Shown here one piece after another: positions 24,521-34,699 of a DNA stretch of 64,000 bases; the stretch's first letter is position 1; the number at the start of each line of letters is the position of its first letter. The position numbers and the translations under genes were made by a program. This stretch comes from Symsagittifera roscoffensis. Its lineage: Eukaryota. Where the stretch lies: NCBI RefSeq assembly GCF_963678635.1, contig NC_087064.1, positions 32,745,028 to 32,809,027 of the forward strand, in the 5' to 3' direction. The notes beneath the pieces were generated by a model. It had not been told where the DNA came from and did no database searches. It was given only the letters and a program-made list of their open reading frames with translations.

Positions 24521-25764
24521 GCAACAACTGATGCACTATCAGCACATTATCAACGGCGCTAAAAACCCTGATTTTCTCTTGAAAGTTTTGCTTGCCGGAC
24601 AATGTTTACTAATATTTTATTAGTATTTACGCAAGTGAGCTTGCGAGCATTGTGTTATAATGCGAGTCAACTTTCGCTGCATAATTTTGGCAGTCCAATA
24701 GAATTAGTTTTCCGCTTTATCAGTGGCTAGTGTATCTATTTTTATTTATATTGGGTCATGTATCACAGTTGTGTAGCTTGTCGACTTGGATGATCCAGGC
24801 TTGTGGTGCAACTCCTGTAGAGAGCACTGATTCAGTTTTTAAATCTTTTTTGAGCTATTTCTCTGCGTTTTGTTGATTTCTTGCTTGCCTTTTTTGAGCT
24901 ATTTCTTGGCTCCGCCTCTGTGTTTTTTGCTAGTGTATCTTGCTCGGGATTTCTGAGCTGGAATCTCGTTGCCTCAGAAGTTTTATATTGTGAAATTGAT
25001 GTGGTATTTTTTAAATTACTTGCGAATCCTTTTTCCCCGTTTTTGGAGCTAGTTTTTTCCGAGTAGGCTTTGTTACTGCTTTGTAAGTTTTAGTATGTTG
25101 TTAATTTATCATTAAATTGTTTGACTTTACTTTTTGCTCAATGTGATTTTTTCTCAATCCAATTCGAGACAAACATATAAAAATTTTGCTAGATAAGTTT
25201 CTTGACATAATTTCAAAAAATATTCGACTTAGCGGCTTACGTCTTATCTTCTGTCGGCTAGTTTGCCGTGCTAATTTTATGTTGTATCGCAAACATAAAA
25301 AATAGCACGGCAAACTATTTCTATGTTGTATCTGTAAAAATCCAGCTCTCATGCTTGAAATGTCGAATGATATGTTTCTTGAATTATTGAGATATTGAAT
25401 TTGGTAATATAATTGATTATGCTATATGATATTTTTGCTAATCAGAAGCGGGACTATTATTGACTTTCTACCTAGGATTTTCAACAAGTAAAACGTTTGT
25501 TGGTCTTGTCTGCTTTAAATGAAATTTGAATCTGGATTGATTACCATAAGTCAATTTGGTTCATATAAAACGTGAGGATCTTTTTATGCAACCTTGTTAA
25601 ACCCTTGTTTACAGCGTGAAATGTTAAGTGCGGGGAGATACGAAGAAAAATGAGCCAAAAGTGTTAGAACAAGAGCTGTAGAACTTTTTCGGTGATTCAA
25701 TCATTTCTGCTACTCTCATATGAACATTGCTATTTGTTGCCGGAACATTAAGTTCTGTTTTCAG

Positions 25765-25959
25765 TCTGACAGTGTGGAAGAATCAGTTGTGAGGAAAGAT
25801 TTCACCCCCTACTCAGACCCACGCTGCCAATATGACCTCGACTTTGATCTGTTTGGGGACCTGGAAGCTGAATGTGCCCTCGAAGCTCTCCCTAGTCGAA
25901 AGAAAGTTTACTGTCGTAAAAACAAATTAAAAACAAATTGTATTGTTATCCAACGTTAG
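25765..25959 (+). CDS. Putative terminal coding exon: SDSVEESVVRKDFTPYSDPRCQYDLDFDLFGDLEAECALEALPSRKKVYCRKNKLKTNCIVIQR, then a stop.
   Basis: Acceptor gttctgttttcag at 25753-25764 gives a phase-0 start, compatible with the cassette exons. It ends at an in-frame stop. It contains another D-F-D-L-F-G acidic motif. Confidence 0.4.
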   Translation, partial: SDSVEESVVRKDFTPYSDPRCQYDLDFDLFGDLEAECALEALPSRKKVYCRKNKLKTNCIVIQR

Positions 25960-26749
25960 TCTATATTTGCCCCAAAACCGCCATCCATACCTAAACTGCG
26001 CAAAACTGATTAACAACTAGATTAAAAATACAATTAAGAAAAATTTTACAGCGAAAGCTAGATCAAATCTTCTGATCAGCCGTAGAAATCGATTTAGGGG
26101 GATATAATACCGGTTTTTCAGAATTTAACTTAGAAGGTAAAATAGAGTCTTTTCTATTATACGACCCAAACTTCATTGTTTTGATATAATGAAAACTGGA
26201 TCATAATGCTTTATTATGATTGGATGAAATTAACAAATACGAAGGAAATCTGAACCTTAATTTCAAATACATTAGCTCAATTTACGTTTTTGTGATATTG
26301 GGCCACACAACAGGAAAGACGCGCAAAATAAGATGATCTAATAAATAAAATTTAAAAAAATCGAAACAGAATTATGAATAAAATGGGGCCTAGGAAATAG
26401 CTATTCCATGTGAAAGTTTTTATGAAGCACTATTTTTTGCGCGCTTGTTTGAAATGATTATTTTATGCGTAATCTTTTTTCAAAATTATTACAACGCAAA
26501 GGGGAAATAACTCTTAGGAGGCAAAGATAACACTTAGGAGGAGAGATACAAATTATCAACAAGCTGTTTTTCATAAAATGAGTAATTTTTCTATAATTTT
26601 TTCTTATTTGTTTCAGATCCCAAGAGTATGGATGGGCTGAATTTGAGGCCGAAGAAGAATCCGAATACCAGGCTACAAAAACATTGACGAAGTTCGTTTG
26701 ATTTCTAAATGTTAATTTTTAATTTATCTTTCATTTAGGTCAGGTGTTT

Positions 26750-27163
26750 TTTTCCAGAGTTTTGTTCATGCTGATTTTTGAGTCTTCGCGGTCCCTTCTG
26801 ATTTCTCTTCAAGTTCAGTGATATTGTTTTGCTAATTGGAGGGAAAAGTACACACTTCAATTACGAAAAAGCAAAAGGCGCGAGAAATGTGTTTCACTTG
26901 TAAGCTCGAAGTTCGGACTTTAGTTTTGAGGTTTCCCAGCGGATTAAGAAATTAGTTATCGATCCAGTTTTCCGAAGTTGTGTTGAGAAAAGGAAAAAAG
27001 TTCAATCATAAGAGAGTGTTGAATACAAATGATCTTTATTTTATTACATATTTTTGCTCCGAAATTTGAAAAAAATTAACAAAGTCCATTTTTTGGTTTC
27101 CTTGTTAATTAACACTTTTCCAATTATCTTACGGCTATGTTTTTCAACTATCTGACGGCTATA
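26750..27163 (+). repeat. Copy of the 400-bp repeat family. Its tail abuts the poly-T end of the LINE.
   Basis: ttttccagagttttgttcatgctgatttttgagtcttcgcggtcccttctgatttc ... aacaaagtccattttttggtttccttgttaattaacacttttccaattatcttacggctatgttttt caactatctgacggctata. Confidence 0.55.
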
Positions 27164-27270
27164 TTTTTTTTAGTTGCACTTGATGCAGCATTTGAAAAGT
27201 CTCTAATGAACTTCCACTTGTGGATCCAGTGGCAACCGCCTTGTTGTTGTTGTTGTTGCCCTTCTGAGAT

Positions 27271-30200
27271 CTATTCGTCGCTCGTTGTTGGGTCCAGGGT
27301 TGTGGGGAGTTTCAGGAATATTGTTGTCTTCTTCGGTTGCTTCCAGAGATCGGCTGGGGTTAAGTTCGTAGGATTTGCGATGCAGTCGAACAGGTGTATA
27401 GTTGTGTGGCTTGTTTGCTGGCAGTCCGGGCAAAGTTCGCTTACTGTCGGGTCAATTCTGTTCATGTACGAGTTCAGGAACTTTGAGTAGCCGGATCTGA
27501 GCTGTGCCAGTGTTCTTCTCGTTGTTCTTGGTAATTCGGTTTCTTCTTTGGCAATTTTTGGTGGATTGTGTCCGAGGACTGCTGGGTGTTCGTAGGTTTG
27601 TAAGGCGTCGCGTACCTCATTTGTGTGGATCGTTTTTAGCAGGTTTCTGTACTTCTTTTCGGTTAGAGGTCTATTGCTGTCGAGTAGAGGTTCAATGTAT
27701 CTTTCTTCATATCGTGTTTGGAGGGTTTCTTTCATGAGTCTTGGTGGGTTCTTGGGTTCTTTCGTGAGTTGGTTTCCTGGGTGATCTGGCAAGTGGTTGG
27801 CGAGATGATGTTGTATCGTTCGCATTCTGAGGTGTCGTCTAACTGGTAGAACGGATGTTTCTTGGTGAAGGTGGTCTATGTGAGTCATGGCGTGGCATCC
27901 GGTGATTGTTCTCAGGGCGCTGTTTTGGACCTTCTGTAGTTTCTCGATGTTGCTTTCGGAGAGTGTGGGCGTTATCACAGCGGCGCCGTACTCAAGTTTA
28001 GTGCGAACAACCGCTTTGTAGGTCATGAGGAGTGTTTCCTTGTCGCTTCCCCAGTCAGTGCCGGCAAGCGCTTTCAGGGCGTTGTTGCGTTGAGAGCATT
28101 TCTTCGCAGTGTCTCTGCAATGGGCCCCGAAAGTGTGCATGGTGTCGAAAGTGATGCCGAGGATCTTCGCTTGGTTGTTCATTCTTATTTGTTCATTGTT
28201 TATCTTCACTTCAGGAACGGTTTTGTATTGGGCTGTCTGTGGTGTCATCAGCGTGACAAAACTCTTGTCAATGGAGATCTGGAGGTTTCGCTCTTCGAAG
28301 AAGTTCACTAGTTCTGCGAGGTACTCCGTTTGTTTTCCTGCCATTGCTGGTATGTCGGTGCCGAGAATGAGGGACGTGAAGTCGTCTGCGTAGGACTTGA
28401 TCTTGATTTCGTCCGGAGGGCTAGGTGCGTCTGCGACGTAGTAGTTGAAAAGGAGTGGCGACAAAACTGATCCTTGTGGCACTCCAAACCGAACTATCCG
28501 TGCTTTTGAGAGAGAGTCGCGAAACAGTGTTCTTGCTTGTCGTCCTTGTAGGAAGTTCGCGAGCCATCTTTTCAGAGCACTGGGCAGACTGGTCTTGTTG
28601 ATGAGGTCGAGGAGCTTGGAATGCTTAACCGTGTCGAAGGCTTTCGACAGGTCAATCGCGACAAGCAGAGTCCTGTCGGCTGGTTTCTTTCTGTTGAAGC
28701 CGTTGGAGATGGCTGTCGTGATGTCACAAAGAGCGGTGACCGTTGAGTGCTTGGACCGGAAGCCGTGTTGGTGACTGGCGAAGTGGAGGTGTTCGGTGAT
28801 GAGAGGTTGGATGCACTTCTCCAGGATCTTCGAGGCTGGGCAAAGCAAGGAGACGGGTCTGTACGAGTTGCTGAGGCCTGCGTCTTTGCCTGGTTTCAGC
28901 AGCGGAATAATGACTGACGACTTCCAAATTGCTGGGATCTGGCATTTGCTGAGCGACAGGTTGAAGATCTTCGTGAGGTAGTTGATAGCATTTGGTCCGA
29001 GGTGTTTCATGTGAGTGGTCGAGATGTTGTCTGGGCCGAATGCTTTGGAGTTCTTCGCGTTCTGTATGGCAGTTTTTACTTGTTTGGAGGTAATGACTGG
29101 GGCGTCGTTGAGAGGTTGTTTCTTTATGTTTCTGTTTATTTTCCTGTTGTCTTTCTCGGTCTTGTGGTTCATTGGTCTTGCGTATTGTATATTGAAAGCG
29201 TTGCTCATACTGCTGGCGTCTTTAATCTGTTTTTCGTTGAATTTTATTCCTTGATTTGGAGGGGCACTTTGTTTCTTTCCTGTGATCGCGCCGATTGTCT
29301 TCCAGAGTTTGGTCACATTGGTTTTTCTGTCGAATGTTGCCACATGCTCTTTCCATTTCTCCATTCTTTGCTTGGAAATGAGGAAGTCTATCCTGGCGTT
29401 CAAGGTCGGAATGTCTTTGGAGTGAGGGTTGTTTCTTCTTGTTTCGTCTCTTTGCTTGATCAGGCGGGAGGCTGCTGGCGGAATGTTGGGCTTGGCTTTG
29501 GGAATGCGTCCGGAGGGAATGTTGTGAGCAGAAGCAGTGTTCAGAATCTTCCTGAAGACTTTCTCTCCGCTGTGGGTGTCAGATGGTTCTTCTTCGCTCA
29601 GAAAGAGTTCTTCTGTTTCCTGTTTGAAGGTATCCCAGTCGGCTCTGCTGAGGTTCACGAAGGTGCGCTTGGGTGCTCTGACTTCTGTGTCCCTCTTCAG
29701 TTCGATCTTCATGGGAAGGTGATCTGAGCCCAGGGTGATCTCTGTTTTCCAGGAGAGGTCGAGAAGCAGGTCGGAGGAGGCCATGCTGATGTCCGGCGAG
29801 GATGGCTGATCTCCTCGTGGGAGGCGAGTTGGGTGGTCCGTGTTGAGGACGCCGAAGGAGGAGTCTTCAATTTCTTCTGCCAGTTCGGAGCCACGGGTGT
29901 CTTCTTGGTTGCTGGAATGCCACAAGGAACTGTGTGCGTTCGCGTCTCCTACCAGGATTGTCTTGCTGCTGGAGAGGAGGTCTTGCAGGGACGCCTTGTA
30001 ACCTTGAGGACAGCTGCTGGAGGGAGGGATGTAGTAGTTGATGATGTTCAATTCAACTTCGTTCATCTTGATGTTGACTCCCTGGACTTCTCTCGTGCCG
30101 TCGTTCTGCTGATCTATGTCCATGGTGTTGAAGTCGACAGTTTCGTGAATGAGGGTCATGAGTCCGCCACCTCCTTGACCACGATCACGTCGGATGGCAG

Positions 30201-30744
30201 TATAGCCAGGGAACTTCGGCGTCTTGTTCCGTTCTTGTAGTTTGGTCTCTTGAAGGGCGGCAACTGTGATCTTCCTTTCTTGTAGGTAGTTGCTGAGCTC
30301 TTTTGCTTTATTCTGTATGCCATTGCAGTTCAGTTGTAGTAGCTTGAACTTCACTTTCTGGGTTTGTCGGGGGGTCTCTGCAGTGCAGGGGGGGCATCTC
30401 CAGTCTGGCTGAGAGAGGTACTCGGCTGTCTTGCGCATGCCGCTGCATTTCAGGTGCATCCATTCTTTGCATTGGTGGCATCTGATTGTCTGTGTTTTCA
30501 TCTGTCGGGAGCAGACTTTGCAGTTGACTTTTTGTGCCGGACCGGGGTTGGGTTCAATACCAGCCATCAGTAGTTGGAGCAGGAGAAGAGAGGCTGGCGT
30601 TGTCTTCTCCACTACCAAAAACCCGGGTTGAGTGACGAATAGGGTCCCTTTCTGGGAAGTCTGTCGCTGTTGCGGCAGGATTGGCACCATTTGCTCCAGT
30701 TGGAGACGAATCCACCACGAGTAGCCGGTTGCCACTGGATCCAC
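27271..30744 (-). CDS. LINE ORF encoding an EN-RT polyprotein. Order: 2A-like motif, a C4HC3 PHD-like finger (CKVCSRQ..CHQCKEWMHLKC..CPPC) and an APE/EEP endonuclease (LQLNCNGIQNK…LQETKL). Then RT (FGPDNIS…LLVAIDLSKAFDTV…FGVPQGSVLSPLLFNYYVAD…YADDFT), a C-terminal KLQKVQNSALRTITG block and a CPDC…H…C motif.
   Basis: Motifs read directly from the translated ORF. The first codon in the ORF track is GTG, so the real start is uncertain. Confidence 0.85.
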   Translation of the reverse strand: MDPVATGYSWWIRLQLEQMVPILPQQRQTSQKGTLFVTQPGFLVVEKTTPASLLLLQLLMAGIEPNPGPAQKVNCKVCSRQMKTQTIRCHQCKEWMHLKCSGMRKTAEYLSQPDWRCPPCTAETPRQTQKVKFKLLQLNCNGIQNKAKELSNYLQERKITVAALQETKLQERNKTPKFPGYTAIRRDRGQGGGGLMTLIHETVDFNTMDIDQQNDGTREVQGVNIKMNEVELNIINYYIPPSSSCPQGYKASLQDLLSSSKTILVGDANAHSSLWHSSNQEDTRGSELAEEIEDSSFGVLNTDHPTRLPRGDQPSSPDISMASSDLLLDLSWKTEITLGSDHLPMKIELKRDTEVRAPKRTFVNLSRADWDTFKQETEELFLSEEEPSDTHSGEKVFRKILNTASAHNIPSGRIPKAKPNIPPAASRLIKQRDETRRNNPHSKDIPTLNARIDFLISKQRMEKWKEHVATFDRKTNVTKLWKTIGAITGKKQSAPPNQGIKFNEKQIKDASSMSNAFNIQYARPMNHKTEKDNRKINRNIKKQPLNDAPVITSKQVKTAIQNAKNSKAFGPDNISTTHMKHLGPNAINYLTKIFNLSLSKCQIPAIWKSSVIIPLLKPGKDAGLSNSYRPVSLLCPASKILEKCIQPLITEHLHFASHQHGFRSKHSTVTALCDITTAISNGFNRKKPADRTLLVAIDLSKAFDTVKHSKLLDLINKTSLPSALKRWLANFLQGRQARTLFRDSLSKARIVRFGVPQGSVLSPLLFNYYVADAPSPPDEIKIKSYADDFTSLILGTDIPAMAGKQTEYLAELVNFFEERNLQISIDKSFVTLMTPQTAQYKTVPEVKINNEQIRMNNQAKILGITFDTMHTFGAHCRDTAKKCSQRNNALKALAGTDWGSDKETLLMTYKAVVRTKLEYGAAVITPTLSESNIEKLQKVQNSALRTITGCHAMTHIDHLHQETSVLPVRRHLRMRTIQHHLANHLPDHPGNQLTKEPKNPPRLMKETLQTRYEERYIEPLLDSNRPLTEKKYRNLLKTIHTNEVRDALQTYEHPAVLGHNPPKIAKEETELPRTTRRTLAQLRSGYSKFLNSYMNRIDPTVSELCPDCQQTSHTTIHLFDCIANPTNLTPADLWKQPKKTTIFLKLPTTLDPTTSDE
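30538..30591 (-). other. 2A-like ribosome-skipping motif, LLLLQLLMAGIEPNPGP, at residues about 53-69 of the LINE ORF.
   Basis: The reverse complement of 30541-30582 reads ctg ctc caa cta ctg atg gct ggt att gaa ccc aac ccc ggt. This fits D(V/I)ExNPGP with D changed to G, and is preceded by a hydrophobic helix-like stretch. Confidence 0.5.
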
Positions 30745-30861
30745 AAGTGGAAGTTCATTAGAGACTTTTCAAATGCTGCATCAAGTGCAACTAAAAAAAA
30801 AAAAAAAAAAATATAGCCGTCAGATAGTTGAAAAACATAGCCGTAAGATAATTGGAAAAGT

Positions 30862-30960
30862 GTTAATTTTTTTTTTTTTTTTTTTTTTGGTTTCCTTGTT
30901 AATGAACAAAGTCCATTTTTTTTTTTTTTTTTTTTTGGTTTCCTTGTTAATGAACTTCCA
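30862..30960. repeat. Two tandem units of T20+ggtttccttgttaatgaac(aaagtccat), related to the 400-bp repeat tail.
   Basis: tttttttttttttttttttttggtttccttgttaatgaacaaagtccat tttttttttttttttttttttggtttccttgttaatgaacttccacttcaatg. Confidence 0.7.
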
Positions 30961-31954
30961 CTTCAATGAATTCTTCGCTCTTACGGTCAAAATTTTTTTG
31001 TGATGGGTAGGTAAACTCAATCAAATTAGAGCTGAGCCCAAAAATACGTCAGTCATGTGAATCAACCTATTATCATTTAAAAATGGTATTGCGATTTTCT
31101 GAGAATCGAAAATTATGCATTGCGATGTATCTGCGTTCTTGCTAATTTTCATTTAGCGATGTGAAGGTACTCAATTAGGTCTTGTCGTTTTTTAGATAAA
31201 ATTTCTAGTGTACGCTTGAATATATTCTTTTGCGGTTCGACTTCATATTTTTTCAAGTACACTTCAAATTCAGTTGCCAAATTGTATGCAATATTCGCTT
31301 TCCAACAACTTACGGGATCACTTAAGTGTCAAGCACTGAAATTTTTTTTTAAATAAAGATGAAAAGATGAGATTTATTTTTTCTGCAATGTGATTTATTT
31401 TTTTGATTGAATTTCGAAAGTTGAATAAATCAATAAAAGTCCTTTTTCCATTTTTTTTCACCTCATTGACAATTTTCCAACTGTTGGCTATGTTGTGTCC
31501 TTTCGGAAATTCGCATGATTCAGGAATGTAAATCTTGCAAAAAGCCGAAAAGCATCATGGAGATTTAGACTACTCTCCAGGTTTGCGTTTTTCTAATTCA
31601 AGTCTCTTGAGTTGAAATATCAATTTAATGTAGTATTTAAAAGATTTGTCATTCATTTAAAATATTTTTTGTTGATTGACTGAAAACTCTAGTTTCATGT
31701 TAACTTAAGGTCAAATTTAACTTAAATTTCTTTGCCCTAGCCCGCTATGAGTGGAACGACGTTAATCTAGTCGCCCTTATGGGCGTGTTTTAGCTTGTAT
31801 ATGTAGATTGACAAAAACATTAGATATATCTTTTCTAATTTTCTGCCTTCGTAAATGCTAGTTATAAAATCATTGTTATGTTTTTAAGATGCCTTTTTCT
31901 TAGCGAAATTTTCAATGCTACGCAAACAGCACTAGGGTACTGAGAAAAATAGTA

Positions 31955-32095
31955 TTCGTAAAGGTTTACTAAAGGATTCGTAAATTTTGAGTGATGATTT
32001 TTTAACACTTGCGATCGTAATGTTTTCGTAAAGGTTTAGTAAAGGATTCGTAAAGTTTGAGTGATGATTTCTTTTTACACTTGCGATCAGCGTTT
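31955..32095. repeat. Tandem duplication of a unit of about 70 bp (ttcgtaaaggtttactaaaggattcgtaaattttgagtgatgatttt..acacttgcgatc).
   Basis: Two adjacent near-identical copies. Confidence 0.8.
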
Positions 32096-32214
32096 TGTAT
32101 TACAACGAACCTTTTTTCTATCCTAAATCGCAAATAAATTGTTCACTGAAATTATTCATCTATATGGAGATTTCACTGAAGCATTAGAAATTTCTTAGCG
32201 TGTCCTCTGCTTTA

Positions 32215-32450
32215 TTTTGGCTAGTGTTTGTCATCAATTAAGCGTCCGTGGCTGTGTCGTTAGTGCGTCATATTTATTATCTCTCGGTCGCAGTAGGCCG
32301 TAGGTTTGAATCCGAGACCTAGCCGAATTTTTACTAATTTGAGGCTGGTTTCTGCTTATTCTTATTGCACTTTATAGAGCTGCTTTTTGTCGTGTTCTAG
32401 CTAGTGTTTGCGAAGCACAGCTTCGCCTCTGTGTGAATTCGCCATTCAAA
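32215..32450 (+). repeat. tRNA-derived SINE-like element (possibly Feilai-like), plus the start of a second copy.
   Basis: gctagtgtttg … tggctgtgtcgttagtgcg (A-box-like) … ggtttgaatccgagacc (B-box-like, GGTTCGANTCC with one mismatch). The start motif gctagtgtttgcgaagc..cgcctctgtg recurs at 32395 and 34465. Confidence 0.35.
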
Positions 32451-34699
32451 AATATTTTCAAAGTGGAACCTAAATTACGCTTTCTGATTGTCGAATATGT
32501 TGTTCTGTTTGAGTCATTCTGTTTTCTGTTTCAGTCGCACGGAATATTGCAGCATGCAAAGCCAAATTCGCCAACGTATCGACATTCCTGAAAAAGAAAA
32601 TCAAACCAAGTCTGCTAGCTTTTTCTGTCCACGTCATCTTGCAGAAGTGCCTTTCGTTCTTAAGGTTTGTTTTTTTTCGAACATTAATTCCAACCTCGCT
32701 TAATTTTCAATATTTTTCCACGTTTTAAAGCTTTTCGTTGTGTTTTAGATGTCTTCAGACATAGGTAGGTTTAACTTTTTGTGAATTCAAACTCTAAATA
32801 GTTAATACTGCTTCTGCTTGAAGGCTCAGATCGCTAAAAATCACTGAAAATGTCATGATTTGATTCATTCTTCAATATAGCTCTATTTACACAACCGAAG
32901 CGTGGTGTATTATTACGAAGTTTTTTTCAAACCTAAGTCGCAAACAAAAGCGCTCATTGGTGGCACTTTTGGTATTTTTCAATTTAATTTTTTTAAGCGT
33001 AGGCAATTTAATAGCATATGTTGAGGCTAGTGCAAGGTCTTGTCGAAATCAATAGGTATTATGAAAATGTATGGGATGTGATGTTTTTTGCGAGGCTCTG
33101 GAAAATTATTATTTTTTTTCGCAATTTTTTTTTCCCAAAAACAACTAACCCGATTTTCAAAAAAAAATGGTACCAATGAACAAACTGGCGGCTTTTTTTA
33201 TGTGCCTGCATATTTTTCTAGTCCATATTTATTTTACTCCACGTTCTACGGCCTTCGATGGGACGGGCCTTCGACTTCTAAAATTTGGGACAGGTGTTTT
33301 TGACCTATTTGTTTTTTTTTGTTTTTGTGAAACATTAAATGCGCAAATATACGATGAACGTTTCAATCAAAATAACAAATCATAGAGATCCCCCTTCTTA
33401 GGCGGCTATTCCCTAATTTCGGTAGACAGAAAGTTATGGCCACAAACATACCCTTTTTTGACATTTTTAATTTGTTTTTAAATTTTGAGACTTTTCTCAA
33501 AAACTACCCTACCAAATCGGAGATTTAGGTTTGAATCGAATGAAAAAAAAATGTGAATCTTACCTGAGCGGCTATGCCTTATATTTTCAAAAAATTATGG
33601 CCTTAGAAAATGTCCAATTTTTTTTTGAAATTTTGCCAGTTTTCTTGGAAACTTATTCTGTTTTTTTAAACTCACCCGCTGATTCCGAGGTTGTTTCTTC
33701 GTTAATATCTTTCATCCTATTTTTAGAAAATCCGATAAGGTTATCGCAAAAATCCATTTTTGAAATTTTTACTGTTTTTTTTTCATGAAAGTTACCAGCT
33801 ACATCTGATATTAAGGGTTCAATCTCAAAATCAGGGTGTGAAAGTCTTCTTGCATAAGATGCTATTCGCATGCTTTATTAGAAAAGTTAATGGATTTAGG
33901 AACAGTCAATTTTTACTATAAGATTCCAAGAAACGATCAAATATTGTAAAAAATGACTGTTCCTAAATCCATTCTTTCATTTTTTGGACAAATACCCAGA
34001 CAAATCTGAGATAAAGAATTCAGTTGAAAGTTCGAATAGACGGCTACTCCACTACTTAAGAAACTACTCCACAAAAATTTTGAAACTTTGGAAATTACTC
34101 ATTTCGTTATCAGTACAATCGAAGATTGAAATATTAAAACAGGTGCATCCAGCGTTAGCTGGGCCACTAGTTTACCTCCAACCGACCGTGGCGCAAATGT
34201 GAGGACGTGAAACTCCTAATCAACAGGTGGGAGATTCAAATCGGGAAGATTGAAATAATTTTTTTGGTCGAATTTTTGTTGCATAGCGTTGGCAATTTGA
34301 TAAGATCCTGCAGCTGCTTTATTGATGGCTAGTGTAAGTAAAGTGGAGCAGATGTGAGAAGGTGTTACTCCTCATCTCAGCAAAAAAATTTCCGTAGGTG
34401 TATTTTTAATTTTTTCGTTTTCCTGATCTCGTTTTGTTTTGCCTGTTCAGAGCTCTTTTTTGAATTTTCCTGGCTTGTGTTTGCGAAGCGCTGCTCCGCC
34501 TCTGTTCAAATTGCATTTCTATTTTGTTACTCGGACCGACATGGATAGTTATAATAAATAACCTAAAGACCAAGTTGTAAAAAAATAGGCATGTTGAAAC
34601 TTTGCTTGCCGGTTTTTTGTAACTACAGACACCAACGGAAAGTTTTGTGTTCAGTTTTGTTTTTTAAAAGAATCGATGAACGTAGTTCAGACTCTTTTA

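Larger units (their letters stand above)
27164..30811 (-). mobile_element. Full-length or near full-length non-LTR retrotransposon (LINE). It has a single long ORF with a PHD-like zinc finger, an AP-endonuclease and a reverse transcriptase. Its A/T tails are terminally inverted.
   Basis: A 1157-aa ORF is flanked by a T8 run (27164-27171) on one side. The other side has an A19 run (30793-30811). The arms 27107-27238 and 30726-30868 form a perfect inverted repeat. Confidence 0.85.

Noticed and set aside
28090-30631. Plus-strand ORFs within the LINE (for example 29002..29727 of 241 aa, and 29833..30240).
   Set aside because: They are antisense to the 1157-aa EN-RT ORF and low-complexity, with no support.
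32240-32330. Possible tRNA gene (the GGTTTGAATCC B-box-like motif).
   Set aside because: I could not build an acceptor stem or a cloverleaf. It is embedded in a repeated SINE-like unit, so I treat it as SINE-derived, not a functional tRNA.
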